Shown here: positions 30,032 to 39,651 of the stretch, in pieces
Position numbering within the stretch: position 1 is the first letter of the stretch
Layout of the letters: each line of letters opens with the position of its first letter
NCBI GenBank assembly: GCA_963843375.1
Contig: CAWJKT010000029.1
Span: forward strand, 13,710-77,709
Direction: 5' to 3'
Length of the DNA: 64,000 nucleotides
Source of the DNA: an uncultured Pseudomonadota bacterium
GTDB taxonomy: Bacteria > Oederibacteriota > Muellerivitia > Muellerivitales > Muellerivitaceae
Program-made: the position numbers and the translations under genes
Notes under the pieces: generated by a model
The model's database searches: none
Seen by the model: the letters and a program-made list of their open reading frames with translations, nothing else
Told to the model about the DNA's origin: nothing

Positions 30032-30286
30032 TTACACAATCCCTTTGCGTGCCTCAGAAGTTTGGGTAATGATGCCGGCTATCACCCAAAAATCAAAAGT
30101 GATCATGATGGAACAATAGAGGGTCATTGCCCAGGCGAAAAGCTGGTGCTGTTCCCATAACTCGGTCCAGGCTTGAGCTAAAGTATAGTCGGGGAGTTGT
30201 AAAAGATTAATTAAGCCTGCAGAGACGATGGCTACACCGGCCCCGGTCAATAATCCCATTACTGTTAACAACTGTGATTTTTTCAT
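30032..30286 (-). CDS. Small two-TM membrane protein
   Basis: AAGGAGG RBS; two hydrophobic segments. Confidence 0.75.
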   Translation of the reverse strand: MKKSQLLTVMGLLTGAGVAIVSAGLINLLQLPDYTLAQAWTELWEQHQLFAWAMTLYCSIMITFDFWVIAGIITQTSEARKGIV

Positions 30287-30556
30287 GGCGTGCCTCCTTC
30301 TTAATAAAATGCTAACACAACTATTAAAATCTTAATAATAAAATTCAATAAATCGAGTGTTAGTATTAATAAAGTATTAGTAAGTTGTTAGGATTTTGCG
30401 ATTGAAATAACATTTTTGTGGATTCGGAACCTGTAAAACTGAAATAACCTCAAAGTGAGGATCTCTTTGGGAAAGTCTATGCTTTGAAGTTTTGGCCGGG
30501 CAATATCGAATTTTTATAAAGCGGTGTGAATCTCAACAGCGTTTGCTGGAGAAAGG

Positions 30557-32536
30557 TTATAACACCCGCACGGGCACAATCATCATATTCACGCCCTTGA
30601 AGAGAAGACGGCGCTGGATTTCCAAGGACGTTTGGTTGTGCAATAGGTTGGTCCAAAGAGATTCCTTTGCAAAGATAAGTTTCCCGGAAAAGAATGTCGC
30701 GTCGGGAAATTCGGCCGAAACTATTTCGCATAACCTTTCCATTCCCGCGATGACGTCGATATCATCCACGTGCCTATAGTCCGACCGGTAGCCCATTTTG
30801 TGGGCCAGGGCCACGTATTTTTGAAGGTTCTCTTCAGTGTTTTTTCTCAAGTTATCCAGTTCTTCAATCCCCTTGAACTTACTGGAGTCGATCCGGCCGA
30901 TGGAAACGAAAATAAAATCCTGGAAACGGTTGGCGAAAAGTTTTTGGATCGAAAAGATGGCATGAATGCCAAGTCCGTTATAGCGCTCCACCATTACCAC
31001 CGCGACAGGTTTGGATTTGTCACAGGGCCCTAAGGCGGGTTCGCTGGCGTCCCGGTCGGGCAAAGGGAGATTGATCAAGGCGTCATCCAAACGGGTCAAG
31101 GCTTGTTGGACCCCTCGGTAATGGCGTTTGACCAAGTAACAAAGGATGATCAGGACAGTGGTCATCAGGATGGTCACGCAACCGCCTTGCAGGAATTTCG
31201 ACATTACGGTGGCTACCAAGATGATGGAAGTCAGTGTGAGCCCCAAGCCGTTGATGAAAAATCGGCGCGGCCAGTCTTTCTGATCATGGCGAGCCTGCCA
31301 CCAATGCACACACATCGAAAGCTGGGATAAGCTGAAGGTGATGTAAACATTGATAGCGTAAAGAAGGATCATGACATCCACATTTCCCTTAGCGATGATG
31401 AGAATGATGAGGGAAAAGATGCCCATAACCAAGATGCCATTCATGCGCACAAGGCGGTGAGAAAGGTTGGCAAAGCGGTGGGGAAGCCAGGAATCCACCG
31501 CCATATTGGAAAGGACATTGGGGCCGTCGATAAAACCGGTCTGGGCGGCAATAAATAAAAGAAGACCTTCGGACAGGAGGGTTACGGTGATGAGGGTCTT
31601 GCCCATCGCCCATCCCCCAAAGGTCCATGAACCGAATACCGCCTTAGCCAATGTGCCGTTCATGGTCTCATTGGGAATGGTGGGAATATCACAAAGCATG
31701 TATAAGAGAAGGATACCGCCAGCGGTGAAGGCCAGAGAAGTGGCCATGTACATCATGGTGCGTTTTCCCGTCTGGACTCGGGGTTCCCTCAGGTTTGCCA
31801 ATCCGTTAGACACGGCTTCAATTCCCGTGTAGGTTCCGCCGCCCAAGCTATAAGCCGTAAAGAAGATAACCAGAAACCCCCAAAGCCCCAATGGACCGCT
31901 GATAATTTCGTGGGTTTCCTTAAAAGTACTTTGGACTACGGGAACAATTTGCCCGGAATGGCCGAAGAGCCCAGACATGATCAATACGATATGGGTAGCC
32001 ACGAAAACAAGGAATATCGGAAGAAGGGCCTGAACCGATTCCTTGATACCCCGCATATTCAGCCAAATGAGCAGAATCATCAAAAGAACTTCGACCCAAA
32101 GTTTATAAGTGGTGAAGAGGGGAGGCATAAAGTCGGCGATGGCGTCTACTCCCGCGGCGATGGAAAGGTTAATAGTAAGCACATAGTCCACGATAAGGGC
32201 CGAACCGGATATCAGGCCGGCTACGGGATGCAGCAGCTTGCTGGCCACAACGTAACCACCGCCGCCCGAGGGAAAATATTCGATGACTTGGCTATAACTG
32301 GCCGAAATAATGAAAACGGTTGCGGCCACAGCGATGGCCAAGTAAAGGGCGATGTGATGATATTGGGCGCCCAGAGCTTTATAAGTTTCTTCCGGGCCAT
32401 AGGCGGAGGAGGAAAGGCCGTCAGCGCCCAGGCCAACCCATGCCAGGAAGGCAATGAGGCTTAATTTGTGGAAGACATTTTGATCGAGGGGATTCTTGGC
32501 CTTGCCGAAAACGAGCTCTTTAACTTTTTCAACCAT
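30557..32536 (-). CDS. KimA/YdaO-like APC K+/H+ symporter
   Basis: GADGLSSSAYGPEE, GGGYVVA and TGIEAVSNG; cytosolic domain with LLHNQT; c-di-AMP riboswitch upstream. Confidence 0.88.
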   Translation of the reverse strand: MVEKVKELVFGKAKNPLDQNVFHKLSLIAFLAWVGLGADGLSSSAYGPEETYKALGAQYHHIALYLAIAVAATVFIISASYSQVIEYFPSGGGGYVVASKLLHPVAGLISGSALIVDYVLTINLSIAAGVDAIADFMPPLFTTYKLWVEVLLMILLIWLNMRGIKESVQALLPIFLVFVATHIVLIMSGLFGHSGQIVPVVQSTFKETHEIISGPLGLWGFLVIFFTAYSLGGGTYTGIEAVSNGLANLREPRVQTGKRTMMYMATSLAFTAGGILLLYMLCDIPTIPNETMNGTLAKAVFGSWTFGGWAMGKTLITVTLLSEGLLLFIAAQTGFIDGPNVLSNMAVDSWLPHRFANLSHRLVRMNGILVMGIFSLIILIIAKGNVDVMILLYAINVYITFSLSQLSMCVHWWQARHDQKDWPRRFFINGLGLTLTSIILVATVMSKFLQGGCVTILMTTVLIILCYLVKRHYRGVQQALTRLDDALINLPLPDRDASEPALGPCDKSKPVAVVMVERYNGLGIHAIFSIQKLFANRFQDFIFVSIGRIDSSKFKGIEELDNLRKNTEENLQKYVALAHKMGYRSDYRHVDDIDVIAGMERLCEIVSAEFPDATFFSGKLIFAKESLWTNLLHNQTSLEIQRRLLFKGVNMMIVPVRVL

Positions 32537-32585
32537 AACGGCCTCCAATAGAATTTGGGCCGTCCTCTACTCGACGCGCCCTTCG

Positions 32586-32712
32586 ATGCCTGCGAGGTTA
32601 GCTGTCGGGCTCGGCGCGAAAGGTTCGCCGTTCTTTCCCATCAAGTCGGGTTAGAAATTAGCCCCAAATACCTGGGTCCCCCGTTCGCTCTAAACAAGCG
32701 ATTCGGCTATAA
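32586..32712 (-). ncRNA. c-di-AMP (ydaO/yuaA) riboswitch
   Basis: Minus strand: AGCCGAA...CGGGGGACCCA...UUGGGGCUAAU...GCCGAGCCCGACAGCUAACCUCGCAGGC. Confidence 0.92.
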
Positions 32713-32915
32713 GCCGAGAATCTTTATACTTTTTTAATATGAAATCAATGGAAATAGGAAAGAGGGTCGAAATTAATAAAATTTTAACATCTAAAAAAAT
32801 TACATATTATAAATATTTCCAATATTTCAGCCCCGCTTTTGAAGCCATCAGAGGACCAGGTGAAGATTTGTCACCAATTTGGATATAAAAATTGTGTTTT
32901 TTCAGCTGAAAGGGG

Positions 32916-34754
32916 TCAACCGACAATAATCAGGGCAGCGGATTCGGGAAGACGTTCCGCCAGGTTCTTAAGCATTCGTCCTCTAACCATTCGCCAAAAG
33001 AAAGTCCGCTTGGAGGAACCCACAAACACATGGGTAACCCTGAGGTTTGTCGCGGCTTCGGCAAGGGAATGGCCGGCATCTTCCGCCATCCTCCAAATAG
33101 GAATGCAACCGACCTTGTGTTTTTGAAGGACAGCGCAGGAACCCGTCAAAACATTAATGGCTTCGGGGGATGGCTTGATTTCCTGGGGAAGAAAAAGGCC
33201 CGGCATTTCATCGATGTAAATCACATAAACATTAACCCGTTTTAAGCCCTTGGCGTAAGTGGCCGCGTCTTGAAGGAGCTTTTCATTGACGAACCTTAAC
33301 GCCACGATAATGGGCGAGGATTCCATGGCGGAAGCCTCGATCGCTTCTTCCAGGGTGAGTATATTGGAAGCTTCCGGAAGGTTCGCCACCCTGGATTCGG
33401 CTTCGGCAAATTGAAGTACCGCTTTTTGGGACGCCTTAACGCGATGCCAGACGCCGACCCCCACCAAGATTGTGGCCAAGGTGCCTCCAAACATAAGAGC
33501 TTCAGGCTTGTGGAACATGTTGATAACCCACGCGGCCAAAAGGGCCAGGGTGGTGAAGGCCCCCGTCCAAAATTTTATTCCCCGGACCCCATCCCTCCAG
33601 CGAAGCTTATCAATGGCCAGGGAGGAGAGGGATAGGGTGCCCAATAAGCCGAAATTGTAAAGGTCGCCAAGCGCGTCCACGTTGGCCCGAGTGATAAGAA
33701 TGATGGCCATAGGGACCAACCCCGAGATGAGAATTGAAAAATAGGGCGTTCCAAGAGTCGGATGGCGTTTTCTTAAAAATGATGGGAGGAAGCCCAGATC
33801 CGAAAGTCGGACGTTTACGTGGTAGTTCCCGACGATAGCGGTATTGCAAGCCATGAAAAGCAAAGACGAAGCGGCTAATACCACCGCGACCCCCATCAAA
33901 GGTCCGCCGATTTGAAAACCTAGGGCGGAAAGTAGGGAATCGGATTGAGTTTGTTTCACCGAATCCGGAAGCAAGTAAAGCACCACGGAAGTCATGGGAG
34001 AGGATACCAAGGCGATGGTCACAATGACCCACATCATGGCTTTGCCGGCGGTGGCTTTGATAGGGAAGCGCATAGAACCGGATATCTGGGCGACCGATTC
34101 AAGGCCCGAATAAGCCAGCCAAGTAGTGGCATAACCAATCATGACCGCTCCAAAAGTAATGGGAATGCCGGGATGAGTAATGCTATTCCACCAACCTGAC
34201 CAGGAATAATGGGGATTGAAGGCGATTTTTAAAAAGGCCCAGCCCAAGAGAAGAAAAGTGACGATGATTTCCACGGTGGCGAAACTCGAGGTTACGGACG
34301 CCGATTCCTTGATGCCGATCATATTGATTAGCACCAGACAGAGGAACAAAACCATGGAAGCGGCAATAACCAAATCCTTGGTTTCGGGCATGAGACTGGA
34401 AAGGTAATAAAGACCTGAGACGCCCGATATGGCCGAAGTAAGAAAATAATCCACCGTAATGAAAGCCCCCCCGACCAGGGGGAGAAATTCCAGAGCGGAA
34501 AAGGCTTCCCGCACGATCGATACCACTCCGCCGCCATCGGGGCAACGCTCACAGATTTCCACGTATTTAAGAGCGATGGAAACGAATACGCCGGTAGTGA
34601 TGAACTGTGCCAGGGTGGCCAGGTTGCCGATGGAGCCAAATAGGATGCCGGGAGTGTAAAAAACGGATGTTCCGATGTCCGCATAAACGATGGCGAAAAC
34701 CAGTACCCAGCCTAGCTGATGAACTTTCACGGATGTTGAATTGGAATCGGACAC
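32916..34754 (-). CDS. APC permease with C-terminal USP-like domain (KimA-related)
   Basis: YADIGTSVFY, PDGGGVV, YSGLESVAQ; USP-like tail VFVGSSKR...; GTG start after GGAGG. Confidence 0.85.
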   Translation of the reverse strand: MSDSNSTSVKVHQLGWVLVFAIVYADIGTSVFYTPGILFGSIGNLATLAQFITTGVFVSIALKYVEICERCPDGGGVVSIVREAFSALEFLPLVGGAFITVDYFLTSAISGVSGLYYLSSLMPETKDLVIAASMVLFLCLVLINMIGIKESASVTSSFATVEIIVTFLLLGWAFLKIAFNPHYSWSGWWNSITHPGIPITFGAVMIGYATTWLAYSGLESVAQISGSMRFPIKATAGKAMMWVIVTIALVSSPMTSVVLYLLPDSVKQTQSDSLLSALGFQIGGPLMGVAVVLAASSLLFMACNTAIVGNYHVNVRLSDLGFLPSFLRKRHPTLGTPYFSILISGLVPMAIILITRANVDALGDLYNFGLLGTLSLSSLAIDKLRWRDGVRGIKFWTGAFTTLALLAAWVINMFHKPEALMFGGTLATILVGVGVWHRVKASQKAVLQFAEAESRVANLPEASNILTLEEAIEASAMESSPIIVALRFVNEKLLQDAATYAKGLKRVNVYVIYIDEMPGLFLPQEIKPSPEAINVLTGSCAVLQKHKVGCIPIWRMAEDAGHSLAEAATNLRVTHVFVGSSKRTFFWRMVRGRMLKNLAERLPESAALIIVG

Positions 34755-34768
34755 GCAAACGCCTCCGA

Positions 34769-34926
34769 AGCCTGCGGGGTTAGCTGTCGGGCTCGGCGGG
34801 AATGCTCGCCGGTTCAATCCTTTTATTAAGAGGATGAAACTTCGCCCCGAAAAAACTGGGTCCCCCGTTTGGCCTTCCGTTTGTTCCATGGAACAGGAAC
34901 ATTGCGTCAAGGCCAATTCGGCTATT
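34769..34926 (-). ncRNA. c-di-AMP (ydaO/yuaA) riboswitch
   Basis: Minus strand: AGCCGAA...CGGGGGACCCA...CGGGGCGAA...GCCGAGCCCGACAGCUAACCCCGCAGGC. Confidence 0.92.
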
Positions 34927-35151
34927 AAGGTGAATCTTTATACTTTTTTAATATTTAATTTCAAGGGGATTATATTATCTGGAATCCTTCCTTGAGGTGA
35001 AAAAAGCCTTTTTTGTAATGGAAAACGACTCTTTACGATGGCCATTTTCCCATAAAAAAGAAAGCCGAAATGAACCTAATTGAGAAGCAATAACAAACCG
35101 CATTCGAGTTAAAGTGGGGACAAGGTTTGGTTATGGTTGGTGAATTCCCAA

Positions 35152-35322
35152 TTAAGGGTGGGTGTCCTCATAGGCGTTGTGGGAAATCGGCCTGGGCTGC
35201 AAGTTTTCCGGATGGGAATAAAAACTCCAGCCCGCCCAGCCGATGAGAGCGATAAACCCAGCCCAAAAAATCAGCTCCACCAGTCCCATCCCCTTTTGGT
35301 TTTTGATCGAAATCCATTTCAT
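35152..35322 (-). CDS. Very short prepilin-like protein
   Basis: NQKG|MGLVE class III signal followed by a hydrophobic helix. Confidence 0.55.
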   Translation of the reverse strand: MKWISIKNQKGMGLVELIFWAGFIALIGWAGWSFYSHPENLQPRPISHNAYEDTHP

Positions 35323-35482
35323 GCTTTCATCATAAAACACTTAAAACCTTTGAACAACTTAACCAAAAATAAAATAAGGGCGATTCGGGGACGATTAAAA
35401 CCCAATTTTAATTTCACCCACTTTCACGCCGGGTAGTTGATAATAAGGCCCCATAAAACTTTCATTCCGAATTGGGAGATTC

Positions 35483-36316
35483 ATGTCCTACCGGAAATAT
35501 CCTCGATTCACCCTTCTACTGGCCCTGCTGACGCTTGCTGGCGTTCTCGGGATTGTTGTTTCCTATCGCGTAAGTGAAAAGAAAGAAGCCCTTTCCGGCA
35601 TTGTTTATACCTGTCCCATGCATTGCTTAAATGGAAAAACTTATCCAGGACCGGGGCGTTGCCCGATTTGCCATATGGAACTGGTTCCTGTCGTCAACCC
35701 TCAAATACTGGGAGATGCCCGGAGTCAAGACGGGCGTAATGAGGTCCAAATCGAGGGAAAAACCTCTATGGGTTTCTCATCCTACCAAGTTCAGCGCCGA
35801 TCTATTGAAAGCATCATTTGGACTGCTGGGCGTCTTTCCCCCAATGGGTTGAGGCTGGAAGCGGAGGTGGACCCGGCGACGGAGGCCGGTTTCCAAAAAG
35901 GGGGATTGGCGATTGTAACTTTGGACGCGGACTCTTCCAGCGCCTTTGTAGCTAAAATTGAAAGCCTATCAAACCAGGGGCGGATCACACTCCGATTATC
36001 CCGTCCCGCACCTGGAAGTCGCTACGCTCAGGCCCAGATGATCCGAGAAAAACCCGACTGCTTGGCCATTCCCCTGAACGCCCTCTGGTACCAGAATGGG
36101 AAAAATTACGTTTATCTTATGGATAAGGGTATCCCCCAAATGCGGGAAGTCCAATTGGGATTGAAAGGGGAACATTTCGTTGAAGTGGTCCAGGGTCTGG
36201 TGGAGGGGGACACCATCGCGGAGTCCGGTTTGTTTTTTTTGAACGCTGAAAGAGTATTTCAGGAATCAGAACCGGGTGACTCTTCAGACGATGCGATTCA
36301 CGGCAAGGCACTCTGA
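35483..36316 (+). CDS. CusB-like adaptor with heavy-metal-binding domain
   Basis: YTCPMH...PGRCPICHMEL plus an MFP C-terminus. Confidence 0.85.
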   Translation: MSYRKYPRFTLLLALLTLAGVLGIVVSYRVSEKKEALSGIVYTCPMHCLNGKTYPGPGRCPICHMELVPVVNPQILGDARSQDGRNEVQIEGKTSMGFSSYQVQRRSIESIIWTAGRLSPNGLRLEAEVDPATEAGFQKGGLAIVTLDADSSSAFVAKIESLSNQGRITLRLSRPAPGSRYAQAQMIREKPDCLAIPLNALWYQNGKNYVYLMDKGIPQMREVQLGLKGEHFVEVVQGLVEGDTIAESGLFFLNAERVFQESEPGDSSDDAIHGKAL

Positions 36317-36348
36317 CTTTTGTAAAAAATAAAAAATGAAAGGCATTC

Positions 36349-39300
36349 TTGTTTTCCAGAATCACCGAATTCTCAGTTAAAAAATCCAACTGGATATTGA
36401 TTTTCTTCTCTCTGGGAACCCTGGCGGGTTTAGGATCGTTGGCCCTTTGCCCCCTGGACGCCATCCCCGATTTATCCGATCCTCAGGTGCTCCTTTATGC
36501 CCGGGTGCCCGGGAATCCCCGGGAAGTTTCCCAAACGGCTACCCAGCCGATGATGGAGCGTTTGTCGGGGCTGCCGGAGGTCGAGGCGGTACGCGGTTTT
36601 TCCGACTTGGACTACAGCTATATCACGGTGGTGTTGAAGGAAAAAGCGGACAACCCCGAAGCCCGCCAAAAAATCGGGGATTTGGCCAACGGATTCAGCG
36701 CTAGCTTTCCCGTGACCTGGCAAGTTTCTCAGGACAATTCAGGAGTGGGCTGGGTTTACGAATACAGTCTTTGCCACCGCAAAAACGGGCTGGATTTATA
36801 CGGTCTTCGTTCCCTTCAGGAAAATGTGATCAAACCCGCCCTCGCCCGTTTGGAGGGTGTCGCCGAGGTGGCGACCGTGGGAGGCTACTCCAAGCAGTTT
36901 CAGATCGTGATTAATCCCTACCTATTAAGAGCTTATGGATTGACGCCCATGGACCTTAGTCTGGCTTTGGACGCGCGGGAAAAAGAACTCAAGGGCCGTA
37001 CGATCGAATTGAATGAAAGGGAAGCGATTCTCGATTTTTCCGGTTCACTTCCCCCGGAGAAGCTGGGAAAAATCAAGTTTCTTGCTCATGGGCCCATCAC
37101 CAGCCTGGAGGATCTGGCGGCGTTGAGGTTCCAGTTTAAAGGAAAGGAAATGGCCCTGGGCCAAGTGGCGACGGTTCGCTTGGAGCCGGATTTAAGCTGG
37201 GGAACCGCCGATTTGGACGGTAAAGGGGAAGTAGTAGGAGGAATCGTCATCGCCCGCAAAGGGGTTAATAGTCTTGTTTTGATCCGGCGCATCAAGGAAG
37301 AAATGGAGCGGTTGAATCCATCATTTTCAGGAGTTGAAGTCCAAACGGTTTATGACCGCAGTCAGCTCATCCGATCCACCCTTAGGACGGTTGGCTGGGA
37401 AATATTCCAAGAGTTATTTCTTTTGTCGCTGGTGGTATCACTCTTTCTGGGGCATTACCGATCCGCAGTGGTTCTGGGCTTGGCTTTCCCGGCGGCTCTG
37501 TCGATTTGTTTTGTCCCCTTTCACGCGGTGGGCCTTTCCTTAAACCTGATGACCCTGGGGGGATTGGCCATCGCTATTGGCGATATGCTCGATGCGGGCA
37601 TCATCCTGGTGGAAAATGCCAACCGCAGGCTAGCCCAATCCGGCCGGCCAGCTTTATTAAAAGAGGGCGTCCGCCGCAGGGAACTGGTATTGGCCTGTTC
37701 CGCCTTGATGCGGCCGCTGGTTTTTACCCTACTGATCGTTACCGTTTCCTTTCTGCCGGTTTTTGCGCTTCCGGGTCAGTTGGGACGGCTTTTTGTCCCA
37801 CTAGCTGCCGCCAAGACTCTGGGCATGTTGTCCGCCTTAGCCGTTACTTTATTCCTCTTGCCGGCGTTGTGCGTCAAACTATTGAAAGGGAAATTCCAAA
37901 AGGAAGAACAAAACCAAATCTCCATGAAGCTGCAATCTTTATACCGGCCCAGTCTCGAATGGGTGCTTCAACGGCCACGGCGGGTGCTGGCTTCGGCCTT
38001 TCTTTTAATCGCGCTGACCTTGCCTCTTTTCTTTTCGCTGCACCGGGAATTCCTACCGTCGTTCAATGAGGGGAGCTTGCTTTTTATGCCCCTCACCTTG
38101 CCGGGCGCGGATTACGAGACGACAAAAAATTGGCTTGTTGCGACGGATAGAAGACTGGCGGCCTTTCCTGAGGTTGAGCGGGTTTTCGGGAAAGCGGGTC
38201 GGGCCGAAAGCGCCACCGATCCCGCACCTCTTTCCATGATTGAAAGCACTGTCTTGCTAAAGCCCCGAAGTCAATGGCCGTTCAGCATGACAGAGGATAA
38301 GCTTGCCCGAGAAATGGATGCGGCTCTTCAATTTTTAGGAGTTTCCAACGGTTGGACCCAGCCCATCCGAGGGCGCATTGACATGCAGGCGACCGGTATC
38401 CGGACTCCTCTGGGAATCAAGGTTTCGGCTTCTACTCTGGAGAAGGCCCAGGCGGGAGCAATAGATTTGGAAAAGGTCCTTATTCAAATGGGGGGCGTCA
38501 AATCGGCGACGGCTGAGAGAGTAGTGAAGGCGCCCTATTTAGAAGTGGTTGTGGACCCAACGGCTGCGTCGAAGGTGGGGCTTTCTCCGGAGGAAGTGCA
38601 GGGTCAAGTGATATCCTTTGCGGGTGCCGCGGCCTTGGGGAAAACGTCGAATGGACCGGACGGCTTTCCAGTCGCCGTGATTTATTCACCGGAATTCATC
38701 AATAGCCTGGACAAATTGAACCGTTTCCCGATTTTCACTTCCCCGGGAAAAACCGTTCCGTTGGAAAGATTGGCCCGAGTGGGATGGGGAGATGGCCCGG
38801 ATATGATTCCCTTAGAAAATGGAAAACCCACTGTGATTGTCTATTTGGATTTGGACTCCACGGATACTTTTGGGTGGGTCCAGCGCAACCGGGTTCGGCT
38901 CGACCAGGTTTTCCCTCCCGGTTCAGACCTTCATCTTGAAATTTCCGGGCAATACCAAGAGGCTCGACAGGCTTGGGACCGGCTAAAATGGCTGGCACCC
39001 CTTTGCATTTTATTGATCGCAATTCTCTTGTGGATCGCTTTGGCATCTTGGAGGGAGGCGGGAATCATCCTTCTTTCGGTGCCTTTCGCTTTTCTAGGTG
39101 GCGTTTGGATGCAGGCTCTATTGGATATTCCCTTGTCGGCTTCGGCCTGGGTGGGCTATATCGCCCTTTTCGCGGTGGCGGTTCAGACCGGAGTAGTGAT
39201 GGTGGTTTACCTGACACAAGCCTTGGAACGCGAAGGCCCCCGGGCCAAGTTTGATCCGGAAAGCTTTCGGCAGGTAATCCTGCGGGGTTCGGTTTTGAGG

Positions 39301-39543
39301 CTTAGGCCCAAGCTCATGACGGTGGCCACTAATGTTGCCGCATTCCTTCCCCTACTTTGGACCCGAGGAACCGGCGGGGATTTCCTGGCTTCGGTGGCCG
39401 CACCGATCGTAGGGGGAATGATCACTTCAGCCATTCATGTGCTTTATATCACCCCGGTTCTTTTTTATTGGGTGAGAGGTATGCGAAAAGAGAAATCCGG
39501 AATAGGAGGAAAAAAGCCCAAAATGTTTGTAAAAAGGCCATAA
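36349..39543 (+). CDS. cusA: CusA-type Cu/Ag RND permease
   Basis: LDAIPDLSD, GVGWVYEY, Met triad (LFMP, PLSM, RIDM), RLRPKLMT. Confidence 0.9.
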   Translation: MFSRITEFSVKKSNWILIFFSLGTLAGLGSLALCPLDAIPDLSDPQVLLYARVPGNPREVSQTATQPMMERLSGLPEVEAVRGFSDLDYSYITVVLKEKADNPEARQKIGDLANGFSASFPVTWQVSQDNSGVGWVYEYSLCHRKNGLDLYGLRSLQENVIKPALARLEGVAEVATVGGYSKQFQIVINPYLLRAYGLTPMDLSLALDAREKELKGRTIELNEREAILDFSGSLPPEKLGKIKFLAHGPITSLEDLAALRFQFKGKEMALGQVATVRLEPDLSWGTADLDGKGEVVGGIVIARKGVNSLVLIRRIKEEMERLNPSFSGVEVQTVYDRSQLIRSTLRTVGWEIFQELFLLSLVVSLFLGHYRSAVVLGLAFPAALSICFVPFHAVGLSLNLMTLGGLAIAIGDMLDAGIILVENANRRLAQSGRPALLKEGVRRRELVLACSALMRPLVFTLLIVTVSFLPVFALPGQLGRLFVPLAAAKTLGMLSALAVTLFLLPALCVKLLKGKFQKEEQNQISMKLQSLYRPSLEWVLQRPRRVLASAFLLIALTLPLFFSLHREFLPSFNEGSLLFMPLTLPGADYETTKNWLVATDRRLAAFPEVERVFGKAGRAESATDPAPLSMIESTVLLKPRSQWPFSMTEDKLAREMDAALQFLGVSNGWTQPIRGRIDMQATGIRTPLGIKVSASTLEKAQAGAIDLEKVLIQMGGVKSATAERVVKAPYLEVVVDPTAASKVGLSPEEVQGQVISFAGAAALGKTSNGPDGFPVAVIYSPEFINSLDKLNRFPIFTSPGKTVPLERLARVGWGDGPDMIPLENGKPTVIVYLDLDSTDTFGWVQRNRVRLDQVFPPGSDLHLEISGQYQEARQAWDRLKWLAPLCILLIAILLWIALASWREAGIILLSVPFAFLGGVWMQALLDIPLSASAWVGYIALFAVAVQTGVVMVVYLTQALEREGPRAKFDPESFRQVILRGSVLRLRPKLMTVATNVAAFLPLLWTRGTGGDFLASVAAPIVGGMITSAIHVLYITPVLFYWVRGMRKEKSGIGGKKPKMFVKRP

Positions 39544-39651
39544 AACCTTAAAGTTAAAGTGGAAGGTCAATGGACTAGGGATTACAATGAGAGTATATTA
39601 ATTGTCATCTTATCAACCTTGCAACGATTGTAGTGTCTATCGGAAGAATTT

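Noticed and set aside
34755..34916. N-terminal 54 aa of the 666-aa ORF
   Set aside because: It overlaps the riboswitch; the likely start is GTG 34754 after GGAGG.
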